Source: Longimicrobiales bacterium (GTDB taxonomy: Bacteria > Gemmatimonadota > Gemmatimonadetes > Longimicrobiales > Gaopeijiaceae). Taken from it: DNA of 64,000 nt. The notes under the pieces are model-generated. The model saw only the letters and a program-made list of their open reading frames with translations, did no database searches and had not been told where the DNA came from. Positions 9,822-18,422 of the stretch are shown in pieces; the stretch's first letter is position 1, and each line of letters starts with the position of its first letter. The translations under genes were made by a program, and so were the position numbers. Where the stretch lies: contig OZ242008.1 in assembly GCA_965204735.1 (NCBI GenBank), forward strand, positions 2,816,001 through 2,880,000. Reading direction: 5' to 3'.

Positions 9822-9897
9822 CGGCTGCTCGACTCGACCCTGGACGCGACCCGCAAGCCCGGGGCCGTCCCTGACAGCGGGAGAGATCTTGGCTGGG

Positions 9898-10605
9898 CTA
9901 GCTCGCGAGCCGGGCGATCAACTCCGCGACCGTGTCGCATTCGATGATGGCATCCGCCGCCGCGTCCAGCTCGTCGCGTCCGTCCAGGCCGCCGATCACG
10001 CCCGACAACTGCACGACCGCGTCCGCACCGAACTTCTGGGCCACTAGGCGCTCCAAGACAGTCCTGGATCCCTCCCGGCGGCCCTCCCGGTGACCCTCGT
10101 CCCGCAGCCTTGCCTTCTCTTCTTCGATCTGCGTGTACATGTCTCTTGCCTCCGTCAAGTTGGTGATCTTCGACAGCTCCTCTTCCGAACGGCCCCAACT
10201 CCGCGCCGCGCCCACCGCCCACAGCACGAACGCCTGCGCGATCCCAGCGTGCTCGGGACCCGGGTACGCCTCCAACACCTCGTCCAGCACGGCCCGGACC
10301 TTCTCCGTGCCACCGTCCCGCTCAAGCTCCCTCAACCAAGTCAGGATGCGCCGCTTCCGCAAGTTTCGCCTGGGCGGCGCGCGCATGTCAAGCACATGGT
10401 AAGGCAGCCGGGGCGAGAGGTCGCGCAGCTGGGGCAGCGTGGGCGAGATCAAGTCGGCGATGTCGAGGCGGGCGTCCCACGGGTGGGGGCCGTTGTGGAC
10501 CACGCAGGCGACGACGGGCGGCAGCCGGTAGTCGGCGTCGGACGGCTTCTCGCGGATCAGGTTCTCGTAGACGTCGGTCACGTAGCGGAGGACACGGACG
10601 GGCAT
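9898..10605 (-). CDS. Truncated Rpn copy C (catalytic EFQS segment deleted)
   Basis: Same as intact gene from MP(V)RVLRYV onward except one fewer REGH repeat; internal RBS+ATG at 10140. Confidence 0.6.
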   Translation of the reverse strand: MPVRVLRYVTDVYENLIREKPSDADYRLPPVVACVVHNGPHPWDARLDIADLISPTLPQLRDLSPRLPYHVLDMRAPPRRNLRKRRILTWLRELERDGGTEKVRAVLDEVLEAYPGPEHAGIAQAFVLWAVGAARSWGRSEEELSKITNLTEARDMYTQIEEEKARLRDEGHREGRREGSRTVLERLVAQKFGADAVVQLSGVIGGLDGRDELDAAADAIIECDTVAELIARLAS

Positions 10606-10815
10606 GTCGGCCTGTCGGCGATCGAGCTGGGGGCCGACATGCTCGGGGTTGAGCTTGCGCGCCGACTCCAGGGCGAGTTCGTGGTCCCAGTCGCATGCGA
10701 GTAGGCGGCGTGGCGTGGGTAGAGGTCGGCGTGGGTCATCGGCTGCTCGGCTCGACCCTGGACGCGACCCGCAAGCCCGGGGCCGTCCCCGACAGCGGGA
10801 GAGATCTTGGCTGGG

Positions 10816-11535
10816 CTAGCTCGCGAGCCGGGCGATCAACTCCGCGACCGTGTCGCATTCGATGATGGCATCCGCCGCCGCGTCCAGCTCGTCGCGTCCG
10901 TCCAGGCCGCCGATCACGCCCGACAACTGCACGACCGCGTCCGCACCGAACTTCTGGGCCACTAGGCGCTCCAAGACAGTCCTGGATCCCTCCCGGTGGC
11001 CTTCCCGGTGACCTTCCCGGCGGCCCTCGTCCCGCAGCCTTGCCTTCTCTTCTTCGATCTGCGTGTACATGTCTCTTGCCTCCGTCAAGTTGGTGATCTT
11101 CGACAGCTCCTCTTCCGAACGGCCCCAACTCCGCGCCGCGCCCACCGCCCACAGCACGAACGCCTGCGCGATCCCAGCGTGCTCGGGACCCGGGTACGCC
11201 TCCAACACCTCGTCCAGCACGGCCCGGACCTTCTCCGTGCCACCGTCCCGCTCAAGCTCCCTCAACCAAGTCAGGATGCGCCGCTTCCGCAAGTTTCGCC
11301 TGGGCGGCGCGCGCATGTCAAGCACATGGTAAGGCAGCCGGGGCGAGAGGTCGCGCAGCTGGGGCAGCGTGGGCGAGATCAAGTCGGCGATGTCGAGGCG
11401 GGCGTCCCACGGGTGGGGGCCGTTGTGGACCACGCAGGCGACGACGGGCGGCAGCCGGTAGTCGGCGTCGGACGGCTTCTCGCGGATCAGGTTCTCGTAG
11501 ACGTCGGTCACGTAGCGGAGGACACGGGCGGGCAT
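10816..11535 (-). CDS. Truncated Rpn copy B (catalytic EFQS segment deleted)
   Basis: Same as the C-terminal 239 aa of the intact gene; internal RBS+ATG at 11070. Confidence 0.6.
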   Translation of the reverse strand: MPARVLRYVTDVYENLIREKPSDADYRLPPVVACVVHNGPHPWDARLDIADLISPTLPQLRDLSPRLPYHVLDMRAPPRRNLRKRRILTWLRELERDGGTEKVRAVLDEVLEAYPGPEHAGIAQAFVLWAVGAARSWGRSEEELSKITNLTEARDMYTQIEEEKARLRDEGRREGHREGHREGSRTVLERLVAQKFGADAVVQLSGVIGGLDGRDELDAAADAIIECDTVAELIARLAS

Positions 11536-11745
11536 GTCGGCCTGTCGGCGATCGAGCTGGGGGCCGACATGCTCGGGGTTGAGCTTGCGCGCCGACTCCA
11601 GGGCGAGTTCGTGGTCCCAGTCGCATGCGAGTAGGCGGCGTGGCGTGGGTAGAGGTCGGCGTGGGTCATCGGCTGCTCGGCTCGACCCTGGACGCGACCC
11701 GCAAGCCCGGGGCCGTCCCCGACAGCGGGAGAGATCTTGGCTGGG

Positions 11746-12000
11746 CTAGCTCGCGAGCCGGGCGATCAACTCCGCGACCGTGTCGCATTCGATGATGGCA
11801 TCCGCCGCCGCGTCCAGCTCGTCGCGTCCGTCCAGGCCGCCGATCACGCCCGACAACTGCACGACCGCGTCCGCACCGAACTTCTGGGCCACTAGGCGCT
11901 CCAAGACAGTCCTGGATCCCTCCCGGTGGCCTTCCCGGTGACCTTCCCGGCGGCCCTCGTCCCGCAGCCTTGCCTTCTCTTCTTCGATCTGCGTGTACAT
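11746..12000 (-). CDS. Putative in-frame small C-terminal protein (RpnS-like antitoxin, 84 aa, MYTQIEEEKARL...)
   Basis: GGAGG at 12013-12009 lies 8 nt upstream of the in-frame ATG at 12000, just before the REG repeats, matching the known RpnL/RpnS arrangement. Confidence 0.6.
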   Translation of the reverse strand: MYTQIEEEKARLRDEGRREGHREGHREGSRTVLERLVAQKFGADAVVQLSGVIGGLDGRDELDAAADAIIECDTVAELIARLAS

Positions 12001-12753
12001 GTCTCTTGCCTCCGTCAAGTTGGTGATCTTCGACAGCTCCTCTTCCGAACGGCCCCAACTCCGCGCCGCGCCCACCGCCCACAGCACGAACGCCTGCGCG
12101 ATCCCAGCGTGCTCGGGACCCGGGTACGCCTCCAACACCTCGTCCAGCACGGCCCGGACCTTCTCCGTGCCACCGTCCCGCTCAAGCTCCCTCAACCAAG
12201 TCAGGATGCGCCGCTTCCGCAAGTTTCGCCTGGGCGGCGCGCGCATGTCAAGCACATGGTAAGGCAGCCGGGGCGAGAGGTCGCGCAGCTGGGGCAGCGT
12301 GGGCGAGATCAAGTCGGCGATGTCGAGGCGGGCGTCCCACGGGTGGGGGCCGTTGTGGACCACGCAGGCGACGACGGGCGGCAGCCGGTAGTCGGCGTCG
12401 GACGGCTTCTCGCGGATCAGGTTCTCGTAGACGTCGGTCACGTAGCGGAGGACACGGGCGGGCATGGAGCGGTCGACCCGGGACTGGAACTCGAGGAGCA
12501 GGACCAAGAATCCGGGCCGGTGTCGGAAGTCGACGCGCCAGAGCATGTCGGCCTGTCGGCGATCGAGCTGGGGGCCGACGTGCTCGGGGTTGAGCTTGCG
12601 CGCCGACTCCAGGGCGAGTTCGTCGTCCCAGTCGCATGCGAGGTAGTCTTCAAAGAGTTCGACGATGGTGGGGGCATGGGAGAAGAAGAACTTGTAGACC
12701 TCGTCGTGCTTGCGACGGGGGAGGCAGAGCAGGTCAACGTGGGAGTCGGGCAA
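11746..12753 (-). CDS. rpn: Rpn/YhgA family PD-(D/E)xK nuclease (Transposase_31), intact copy A
   Basis: HDEVYKFFFSH, RRQADMLWRV, LLLEFQSRVDRSMPARVLRY, LPPVVACVVHNG..PW, REG repeats, DUF4351-like tail; AGGAGG 7 nt before TTG at 12753. Confidence 0.88.
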   Translation of the reverse strand: MPDSHVDLLCLPRRKHDEVYKFFFSHAPTIVELFEDYLACDWDDELALESARKLNPEHVGPQLDRRQADMLWRVDFRHRPGFLVLLLEFQSRVDRSMPARVLRYVTDVYENLIREKPSDADYRLPPVVACVVHNGPHPWDARLDIADLISPTLPQLRDLSPRLPYHVLDMRAPPRRNLRKRRILTWLRELERDGGTEKVRAVLDEVLEAYPGPEHAGIAQAFVLWAVGAARSWGRSEEELSKITNLTEARDMYTQIEEEKARLRDEGRREGHREGHREGSRTVLERLVAQKFGADAVVQLSGVIGGLDGRDELDAAADAIIECDTVAELIARLAS

Positions 12754-12906
12754 CGGGAGGCCTCCTGTAGGGCGCGGTGGGGTTGCGGAGGCCCTTGGGG
12801 GGCGCTCCGAGCCCGGGGGAATGGCCGGGCCGGAAGAAGTATGCATCCGGAGAATGGGCGTTTGGATAGCTGGATCGGCCTTTCTTCGCGAACCGATAAG
12901 CCATAT

Positions 12907-12928
12907 CATTGAGTGATTTTACTCAATG
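12907..12928. promoter_or_regulatory. AT-rich palindromic operator candidate CATTGAGT-N6-ACTCAATG
   Basis: Perfect 8-bp inverted arms between divergent rpn and ATPase genes. Confidence 0.55.
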
Positions 12929-12966
12929 GACTTCCCTTGCAACCGAATCTCCACTACCTTCCTGCC

Positions 12967-14208
12967 ATGAACACCTTCGAGAGACGCCACGTCGCGGAAG
13001 TGCTCGACCTGCTGGACATGGGCGAGTCGGCCCCGATCGTGGCCGTCGTCGGCCCCCGGCAGACCGGCAAGACCACGATCGTGCGCCACGCCCTGCGAAC
13101 CCTGCGACGAGGGCGCATCTCCGGCTGGCACATCGCGGTCGACGACCCCGACGCCGACGAACCGGCCCCATGGCCCAGCGGTCGGGGAAGGCGCGACGCG
13201 GAGTGGCTGGTCAGCGTCTGGCGGGCCGCCCGAGAGGAGGCGCGATTGAACGAGCGGGGGTTCGTCCTGGCGCTCGACGAAGTGCAGCACGTGAAGGACT
13301 GGTCGCGAGTGGTGAAGGGACTGTGGGACCGGGACCGGGAGGAGGGCCGTCGGCTGCGCGTGATCGTGCTGGGCTCCGCTCCGTGGGACATGCTCACTGG
13401 AATCGGCGAGAGCCTGGTGGGCCGCTTCATGCCGGTGCACGTCCGGCAGTGGTCGCTGCGGGAGATGGCCGCCTTCGACTACTCCATGGACGACTACCTG
13501 TACTTCGGCGGCTACCCGCGCGCGGCTCGATGGAGGCGGAACTGGGTCGACTGGTGCCGGTACATCGTGGAGTCGATCGTCAAGCCGACGATCGGCAAGG
13601 ACATCCTCTCGCTCACGAGAGTCGACAAGCCTGCCTTGCTGCAACAGCTGATGGAGCTGATTCCCCGCTACTCGGGTCAGATTCTTTCCTACAACAAGAT
13701 GCTCGGCCCGCTGCAGGACGCCGGCAACACGACGACTCTGGCCCACTACCTGGAGCTGCTGGGAAACGCCGGACTGGCAGCGGGGCTGTCCAAGTACCCG
13801 CGCGCAGGCGGACGAGGATCAAGCCCCAAGCTGAACGTCCTCGACCCGGCGATCATGACGGCGATGCTGGGGTACGCTCCCGACGAGGCCAAGGCCGACA
13901 AGACGCTCTGGGGCAGAGTCGTGGAGAGCGCCGTCGGGGCTCATCTTCACAACACGCTTCCGCCAGCGGCGACGCTGCACTACTGGCGGCACGGCAACCG
14001 GGAAGTGGACTTCGTGCTGGCGCGAGGTCCCAGCGTGCTCGGACTCGAAGTGAAGAGCGGTCGGACGCATGGGACATCGAAAGGCCTCCAGGCATTCAAG
14101 GAACGTTTCCCGAAGTCCCGGACGCTGCTTGTCGGAGGCGGCGGGGTGCCCCTCGACGAATTCCTGTGGGAGCCAGCGTCCTACTGGCTGGAAGAGGGAT
14201 GGGTGTGA
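12967..14208 (+). CDS. AAA_14 ATPase with DUF4143 domain
   Basis: GPRQTGKTT, LALDEVQ, VLGSA, FGGYP, SSPKLNVLDP, EVDFVL...LEVKSG; start could be GTG 12913. Confidence 0.9.
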   Translation: MNTFERRHVAEVLDLLDMGESAPIVAVVGPRQTGKTTIVRHALRTLRRGRISGWHIAVDDPDADEPAPWPSGRGRRDAEWLVSVWRAAREEARLNERGFVLALDEVQHVKDWSRVVKGLWDRDREEGRRLRVIVLGSAPWDMLTGIGESLVGRFMPVHVRQWSLREMAAFDYSMDDYLYFGGYPRAARWRRNWVDWCRYIVESIVKPTIGKDILSLTRVDKPALLQQLMELIPRYSGQILSYNKMLGPLQDAGNTTTLAHYLELLGNAGLAAGLSKYPRAGGRGSSPKLNVLDPAIMTAMLGYAPDEAKADKTLWGRVVESAVGAHLHNTLPPAATLHYWRHGNREVDFVLARGPSVLGLEVKSGRTHGTSKGLQAFKERFPKSRTLLVGGGGVPLDEFLWEPASYWLEEGWV

Positions 14209-17200
14209 TCGTTCCGCGCACCGTGACGACGGTCGAGCCAGACGCGAGCCCAGGCCGCCGCTCGAAGCTGTCCGACTTCCGGGACGAACGCTTCTACGTG
14301 CTGCTGGGGAGCCCCGGAGCGGGGAAGACGACCGCTTTCAAGGCGGAGGCGGGGCACGTTGACGACTCCCTCTACCTGACGGCACGCCAGGTGGTTCGCT
14401 CCCACACCCGCCCGAGGTCGGAATGGCGGGAAAAGACCTTGTTCATCGACGGGCTGGACGAGGTGCGGGCGGGGAAACACGACGTGCGCGAGCCTCTCGA
14501 CTGCATCCTCGACTGCCTGGTCCGATTGGACGGCCCTCGCGCCAGGCTCTCCTGCCGTTCGGCGGCGTGGCTGACCACAAGCGACATCGAAGCCATCAGC
14601 TCGGTCCCGGGCTACGAGCGTATGTGGGTGTTGCAGCTTGACCCGCTGACGGCAGGGGATGTGCGGGAGATCCTTGATCATCGCTTGGGGAAGGCCGCCT
14701 ACGGCTTCTTCGAGGTAGCGCACAGCAGAAGGTTGCACGGCCTTCTCGACAACCCGCTGTCGCTCGAGATGCTGGTGAAGGCGATGGGCAAGGGCAACGA
14801 GTGGCCCGAGAGCCGGGTCGAGACCTTTGAGCAGGCGTGCCTCGCACTGGCCACCGAGGTCAACGACGAGCACCGAACTGCTGTCCGCTACGCGACGGTT
14901 CAGGAGAAGGGACCACCCGTTCCGCCCCTCCGAGTCCTCGACGCGGCCAGTCGCATAGCGGCTCTGTACCTGCTCGCGGACAAGGACGGGATCGCGTGGG
15001 ACCGCTCCGACGTAGACGATCCAGACAGCGTGCTGCTGATCAGCGAGACCTCCGACTGCGACCGCCGCTCGACGAGGCAGGCATGGGAATCGGCTCTCTT
15101 TGTGCCGCAACGGTCGATGCGTGGCTGGCCCCACGGGCTGCTGGCGCTGAGCGACGACGAGGAACCTTCGATTCCGCAGCCGCCGCCCGGTGCCCACATC
15201 CCCATGCACGAGCATGTGGCCGCGTACTTGGCCGCCCGCCACTTGGAGAAGGCCGTCGCGGGAACCGCGGTCCTGCCCCGCGTGTTGAGTCTGCTGACGG
15301 CCGGAGGCGGCGTGCCCTCCCCCTTCAGAGGCGTAGCAGCTTGGTTGGCCGCGCTCTGCCCCGACGCCAGGCGGCTTCTGATCGACCTCGATCCGGTGGG
15401 CGTAGTGGCCTACGGCGACATCGGCGTCTTCGACGACGACGAGAAGGCGCACGTACTGGACCGACTTTCCGCGCACGCCGGTCCAAGCTCCAATCCTTGG
15501 ACCCTGCCGTACACCGCGCTGGGCGGCTTGGTGACTCCACGAACCATGAACGACCTGCGGCGCTGCATGAACGGAAACAGCCGCTCCGAGACCGTCCAGC
15601 AAGCCATGGCGCTGCTCCTGCGCGGGGTTGCAGCGGCCCCCTTGCGGTGCGGCGACCAAGTCTCGGGCAAGGAGCTGCTGGCGACGGCGCGAGACTCGAC
15701 GTGGTCCCCGTCGGTGCGCAACGCTGCTCTTGCCACCGCGATCGAGCTTCCCGACAACTCAGAGGAGGTCGCGATGAGGCTGCAGCTTCTGAAGGACATA
15801 AACGCGGGCAAGGTGGACGACCCCGGGGGCGACCTCCGAGCGTACCTGTTCCGCGACCTGTATCCGGGCCAACTTCCGCCGAAGGAGGCGTGGGACTACC
15901 TGCCGATCCCCGTCAATTCGATTATCGGAGCCCAGCTCTCTCAGTCGTCGCCCAGGCACTGTGGCCAGCTGCTCAACTCCCTGCACGCCCGGGTGACTCA
16001 ACTCGACTACATGTGGGACATCTCCCTGGAAGACCTGGCCTGGGAGCTGCTGGAGCGGGCGATCGAAACAGATGGCGGGAGCGTTCAAGTCGAAAAGTTG
16101 TACAACTGGATCGAACTCGCCGCCTTCAACTGGGGAGCCGGCATGTGGAGCCACAGGCCGCCCGACAACGAAATCCATGCGCGGTTTGGCGGCATGGACC
16201 CGGTGCACACGGTCCAACAGTGGCTGGCCAATCATCCAACAGTTCAGAAGGAACTACTCGTCACCTTCCTTCATCGGCATGCACATAAACAAAAGATAGA
16301 CCTTGCCTCCCAGGCGATGGAGTTTCGGCAGACCGTCTTCGGCGCCGGCCAGCCGGACGACTTCCATGAGTGGTGCTTCCAGCGGGCATCGGCGATGTCG
16401 GCGGAGTTCGAGAACCCCGCCCGATGGCTGGTCACATGTGCCGTCGAGCCCCGTCGCCGCTCGAGGTCGGCGGACGAGTGGTTGCCGACTGCGCTTCGGC
16501 GGGTGGACGACGACCCGGTCCTTGTCGATCAGCTCAGGGCACTTGCCGAGCACGATAGGGAGAGGCGACGCAGGGAGATGCAGTACCGCACTCGACGGCC
16601 GAAGAGGAAGGCGACTCTGGCCAGCCATGTCCTGGAGCACCGGGACGCGCTGCTGAAGGGCGCAGGCCCCGAAGAACTTCTTGTCGAGCTTGGCCGGGCC
16701 TACTTCGGCGACTTCGGCGAAGACCCCGTCGACGGCGCGGGCCGGTTGCGCGCCAAGCTGGCATCGGACGACAACGCCATCGACGTTGCGCTGAATGCGC
16801 TCGCGCGCGTGCCCACCGGCGGGGCCGGCCCCGACATCCCAGAGATCATGAAGCTCGACGGCGAGCGACGGTTCGCCGTTTGGGCGCTGCCGTTTCTGGC
16901 AGGCTTGGACGTCATGGCGCGCAGAGGGGCGGATGTTCCCGGGATCCTGGGCGAAGGTCTCGAACGGGCGGCTTGGTGCTACCTTGCCACGCCGCTGAAC
17001 GACCCAGAGATGCCCGGGTGGTTTGCCGATCTGCTGGAGTCGCATGCGGAGATGGTCGCCACGGTCTTTGTGAAGCTCCACCGCAATCGCATCCGATCCA
17101 AGCAAGACGACAGCGCCCTGCTGCCGACGGACGAACGCTACCGTCATGTGGCGCGGCTCGCGCTGCCCGATCTGCTCAAAGCGTTTCCGGCCAAGGGATA

Positions 17201-18422
17201 CGGCACTCAGCTGCTGCTTCTTCGACAGGTACTGGTTGCGGCGATCCTCCATGTGCCCGAGGAGGTGGCGCCGCGTGTTCGGGACAGGATGACCGTTCGC
17301 AAGATGAACGGAGCCCAGCGCATCACTTGGCTGGGCGCGGGCGTCGCAGTCGCGCCCAGCGAATTCGTTTCCGACGCCGTCGCCTTCGTCGAGAAGGGCA
17401 GACCCGCTCGTGGCAAGCACCTGGTGGACGTTCTGCACGCCGTCTGGGAGGCGCAGGAGGCGTACGACGGCGGACCTCTGTTCGACGCCGCCACGGAGCC
17501 CGCGGCCGTCGCCTCGCTTGTGAGCACCCTGGGCCGGAGGCACCGCCCCTTCTGGTCTGGAGTCGAGGGCGGGATTGGAGGATACACTGTGCTGGACAAT
17601 GCCAGCACCTTGGTCGAACACATGATCCTCGGATGCCTTGCCGACAACCCTACTCCCGCTGCTAGCCTTGAGCTGGACCGCCTGTCCAAAGACAGCGGCC
17701 TCAAGGAGTGGCACAACACGCTCAGGGAAGGCCTGGAGCGACAGCTGGAGCTGCGCTACAGCACGGAGCACAGCATTCCGACCGTCGAAGAAGTCGAATA
17801 CGTGCTCCGCGACGGACCGCCCGCAAGCGCCGCCGACCTCACGGCCCTGGTCGTGGACCGGCTGGAGCGCCTGGCAAGGGATATCCGTGATTCGAGCACG
17901 GACGACTGGCAGCAGTACTGGAACGAAGACAAGGGCAGGAAGAACGAGCGGCGCCCGCCGTGGCCGAAGGACGAGAACTCATGCCGAAACGCTCTGCTGT
18001 CGGCCCTCCGCCGGCGTCTGCCGAGCGGCGTGGACGCCCGTCGTGAGGCCAGCTACGCGGAGGAGGCGCGTGCAGACATCCGGGTGTGCTTCGGCTCCCA
18101 TGCGATCCCGATCGAGATCAAGAAGAGCAGCCATCGGGAGCTGTGGAGCGCGATGCGGAAGCAGTTGATGGCAAAGTACACGCGCGATCCCGAATCGGCG
18201 GGACACGGCGTGTACGTGGTCCTCTGGTTTGGCTCGGGCGGCCCCGAGCCGGCCAAGACCCCGCCGACCGGATCGCGCCCCAAGAGCCCCGACGAGCTGG
18301 CGCGCCGCCTGAAGGAAGACCTTTCGGAAGCCGAGCGGCTTCAGATCAAGATCGTCGTGGTCGACGTGAGCCGTCCTGCGACCGTCGTCGCTGGCGGGGG
18401 CCGTTCAGCGCGGCGCCGATGA
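14199..18422 (+). CDS. Large NACHT/STAND NTPase with helical repeats and C-terminal PD-(D/E)xK-like nuclease domain
   Basis: LLGSPGAGKTT Walker A, LFIDGLDE Walker B, RLSCR sensor, NPLSLEML, C-terminal RADIRV...PIEIKK...QL..KY. ORF-track part upstream of 14199 is shadow of the ATPase gene. Confidence 0.8.
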   Translation: MGVIVPRTVTTVEPDASPGRRSKLSDFRDERFYVLLGSPGAGKTTAFKAEAGHVDDSLYLTARQVVRSHTRPRSEWREKTLFIDGLDEVRAGKHDVREPLDCILDCLVRLDGPRARLSCRSAAWLTTSDIEAISSVPGYERMWVLQLDPLTAGDVREILDHRLGKAAYGFFEVAHSRRLHGLLDNPLSLEMLVKAMGKGNEWPESRVETFEQACLALATEVNDEHRTAVRYATVQEKGPPVPPLRVLDAASRIAALYLLADKDGIAWDRSDVDDPDSVLLISETSDCDRRSTRQAWESALFVPQRSMRGWPHGLLALSDDEEPSIPQPPPGAHIPMHEHVAAYLAARHLEKAVAGTAVLPRVLSLLTAGGGVPSPFRGVAAWLAALCPDARRLLIDLDPVGVVAYGDIGVFDDDEKAHVLDRLSAHAGPSSNPWTLPYTALGGLVTPRTMNDLRRCMNGNSRSETVQQAMALLLRGVAAAPLRCGDQVSGKELLATARDSTWSPSVRNAALATAIELPDNSEEVAMRLQLLKDINAGKVDDPGGDLRAYLFRDLYPGQLPPKEAWDYLPIPVNSIIGAQLSQSSPRHCGQLLNSLHARVTQLDYMWDISLEDLAWELLERAIETDGGSVQVEKLYNWIELAAFNWGAGMWSHRPPDNEIHARFGGMDPVHTVQQWLANHPTVQKELLVTFLHRHAHKQKIDLASQAMEFRQTVFGAGQPDDFHEWCFQRASAMSAEFENPARWLVTCAVEPRRRSRSADEWLPTALRRVDDDPVLVDQLRALAEHDRERRRREMQYRTRRPKRKATLASHVLEHRDALLKGAGPEELLVELGRAYFGDFGEDPVDGAGRLRAKLASDDNAIDVALNALARVPTGGAGPDIPEIMKLDGERRFAVWALPFLAGLDVMARRGADVPGILGEGLERAAWCYLATPLNDPEMPGWFADLLESHAEMVATVFVKLHRNRIRSKQDDSALLPTDERYRHVARLALPDLLKAFPAKGYGTQLLLLRQVLVAAILHVPEEVAPRVRDRMTVRKMNGAQRITWLGAGVAVAPSEFVSDAVAFVEKGRPARGKHLVDVLHAVWEAQEAYDGGPLFDAATEPAAVASLVSTLGRRHRPFWSGVEGGIGGYTVLDNASTLVEHMILGCLADNPTPAASLELDRLSKDSGLKEWHNTLREGLERQLELRYSTEHSIPTVEEVEYVLRDGPPASAADLTALVVDRLERLARDIRDSSTDDWQQYWNEDKGRKNERRPPWPKDENSCRNALLSALRRRLPSGVDARREASYAEEARADIRVCFGSHAIPIEIKKSSHRELWSAMRKQLMAKYTRDPESAGHGVYVVLWFGSGGPEPAKTPPTGSRPKSPDELARRLKEDLSEAERLQIKIVVVDVSRPATVVAGGGRSARRR

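Larger units (their letters stand above)
9030..12644 (-). repeat. Tandem array: intact rpn 3' region plus three partial copies (units of 930, 918 and 868 bp)
   Basis: Near-identical sequence with stops at 11746, 10816, 9898, 9030. Unit differences are explained by a 12-bp REGH indel and 81- vs 143-bp deletions. Confidence 0.95.

Noticed and set aside
9030..12753. rpn copies as four independent transposon insertions
   Set aside because: No terminal inverted repeats or target duplications; head-to-tail units with a shared junction indicate tandem amplification.
12909..14198. N-terminal 430 aa of the 1837-aa ORF
   Set aside because: Arg/Pro/Gly-rich shadow frame over the real AAA ATPase; the NACHT protein starts at ~14199.
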